NCBI RefSeq assembly: GCF_001194135.2
Contig: NC_068990.1
Location: 27,809,238-27,873,237 of the forward strand
Direction of reading: 5' to 3'
Length of the DNA: 64,000 nt
From: Octopus bimaculoides
Taxonomy: Eukaryota
Positions within the stretch are counted from its first letter, which is position 1. The number at the start of each line of letters is the position of its first letter. A program made the translations under genes and the position numbers. Positions 62,098 to 64,000 of this stretch are shown one piece after another. The notes beneath the pieces were generated by a model. The model was not told where the DNA came from. It saw only the letters and a list, made by a program, of their open reading frames with translations, and made no database searches.

Positions 62098-63070
62098 TGT
62101 GTGTGTGCGTGCGTGCGTATGTGTGTGTGCGTGTGTGTGTGTGTGTGTGTGTAAGTGTGTATGTATATGTATTAATATATATGTATGTATATGTATACAC
62201 ATATATATTTACACGCACACACACACACGCGGCAATAATAGAAAACACGTGTCCAGGTTACCACGCTGTGGGACTGAACCTTGAACGATGTAGTTGGGAA
62301 GCAAACTTCTTACCACCAAGCCTCGACTGGTTATTCCTCCGAATCCTATTCTTACACCCGCTTTCGGTGGTTTTACTCACTCCAGACATCAAGCTGTTAT
62401 TCGTATTAGAGACGCGAAATTTATATTGGACCACAGAATGTTTACTGGAATTTATTGGACTCTCTATGTATATTTTCAACAAAATAATGTGAAGAATACA
62501 TGACATCATCTCATTATGTTCATGTCAATGACATTCACTACCGGAATTCAGCAGAAAATATATTTGTGTTGAGTGTTTCTCATACCAAGTTATGAAATTA
62601 CATGTGAATTAAAATAAACTAAAACATCAAATTCAACGTTCAGCACAGAAAAAAGGATGGCTTCGTGTGCTTGTTCGATATCATAGACGCGTTCTACACA
62701 GAATGAATGGATCGTTCGGTCCTTCAAGAGGGAAGGAAAACGACATATTATTATACGTTACGTTCTTCACACGGACAGCCACAGTGTAGCATGAACGAAA
62801 ATGAAAATGGAAAGGAGAGAATGAATACGATTGCAACAGAGAGAAAGAGAGAGAGCGGGGAAGAGATAAGGAGGGAGAAATGGAGAGAGATTGGGAGAGA
62901 TTGGGAGAGATTGGGAAAGAGGGGGAGTGCAAAGAGACGTACAGAAATAAAGGAAGTGAAAAACAAACGCGACGCGTAAAGCAAGATTCAAACAAGACAG
63001 AGTGAATCTATTACGATCTGCTATTCTACAAAGCGCAGATGAAAGTTGGTTATGTCTACATCTTACTAGA

Positions 63071-63119
<49 letters not shown>

Positions 63120-63569
63120 ATATATGGTTTATGCTTCTAAACCGCATTACACTTTTCCGTATATTTCTATAATTTGTTTAGCCTTATTTTCTAGTTATCT
63201 GCCTGAACCTCTGTACGTAAGTATAGACTTTCACATACAATTCATATTCACACCACAACACCAAGTCCCACGCACACACGTGCACTGATAGAAATATTGA
63301 GATAAAAAGGTTTATAAAATATATGAAATCCTAATAAACAAATACGTATTTTAAATGTACAAATACAATATTATTTTATCATATAGCAGCCTATTTATTA
63401 TACTGATCAATATCTTATCGATATATCAATACTAAATAAATAACACTAAGTCACAGAATGTAAAATACAAAAGAATGCAAGCCACGCAAAGTAGACACCA
63501 GAATAAAAAAAAAAGAGGAATATAACTAAAATGATAGAGATATCTATGATGATAAAACCAATAATAATA

Positions 63570-63730
63570 ATAATATTAATTTCAAATTTTGGCACAAGGC
63601 CAGCCAGTGCCGGAAAGCGACCGAGTCGATTACATCGACCTGCAATGTTGTTTTATCGACCCTGAAAGGATGAAAGGCTAAGTTAATCTCGACGGAATTT
63701 GAACTCAGAATGTAAAGACAAACGATATAC
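63570..63730 (-). mobile_element. SINE family C copy with (AAT)n at its tail
   Basis: aataataataataatattaatttcaaattttggcacaaggcc...gtcgattacatcgacc...tcgaccctgaaaggatgaaaggc...cggaatttgaactcagaa. Confidence 0.8.
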
Positions 63731-64000
63731 CGATTTCTTTATTATCCCAAAAAGGCTGTACATAGACTTTTTTTTTTAAGACATCATAAAACTTAAAAAC
63801 AATTCAGAACGCAACAAACATAAAATCGGGGAACTAAAAATACAAAAGCAGATGTTGACAGTTCCTTTGGCTTATTTTTTCTTTCGCTGTTTTGGATTAG
63901 TAGCCCCATTTTCGTCCTTCTCTTTTGTTTCCTCTGTTTCATACTTCTGTCTGTCTTTAATTTCCTCAGTGTGGTCTACAACGTTTTCCTCCTCTGCTTG

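Overview
AT-rich, microsatellite-dense animal genomic DNA with about 21 N-gaps (roughly 6 kb in total). The repeat families resemble those I recall from Octopus/cephalopod assemblies; the species is inferred, not verified. I cannot support any intact host protein-coding gene, and nearly all long ORFs in the track are artefacts of microsatellites or N-gaps. The window is mostly decayed mobile elements. Non-LTR retrotransposon remnants come from the HERO-like, RTE, CR1 and R4/Dong clades, plus at least four Penelope-like (GIY-YIG) remnants. DNA transposon remnants include Tc1 and mariner pieces, a Helitron PIF1-helicase fragment and several fold-back MITEs. Three abundant tRNA-derived SINE families are also present. 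The most notable signal is a set of minimal type-I hammerhead ribozyme (HHR) motifs in at least four different repeat contexts. One is a tRNA-head/(AAT)n/HHR SINE-like element. Another is a short structured-RNA family whose HHR stems and downstream hairpins show compensatory changes between diverged copies. A third lies directly downstream of a Penelope GIY-YIG remnant. A second theme is elements that abut or sit within (TAA)n microsatellites.
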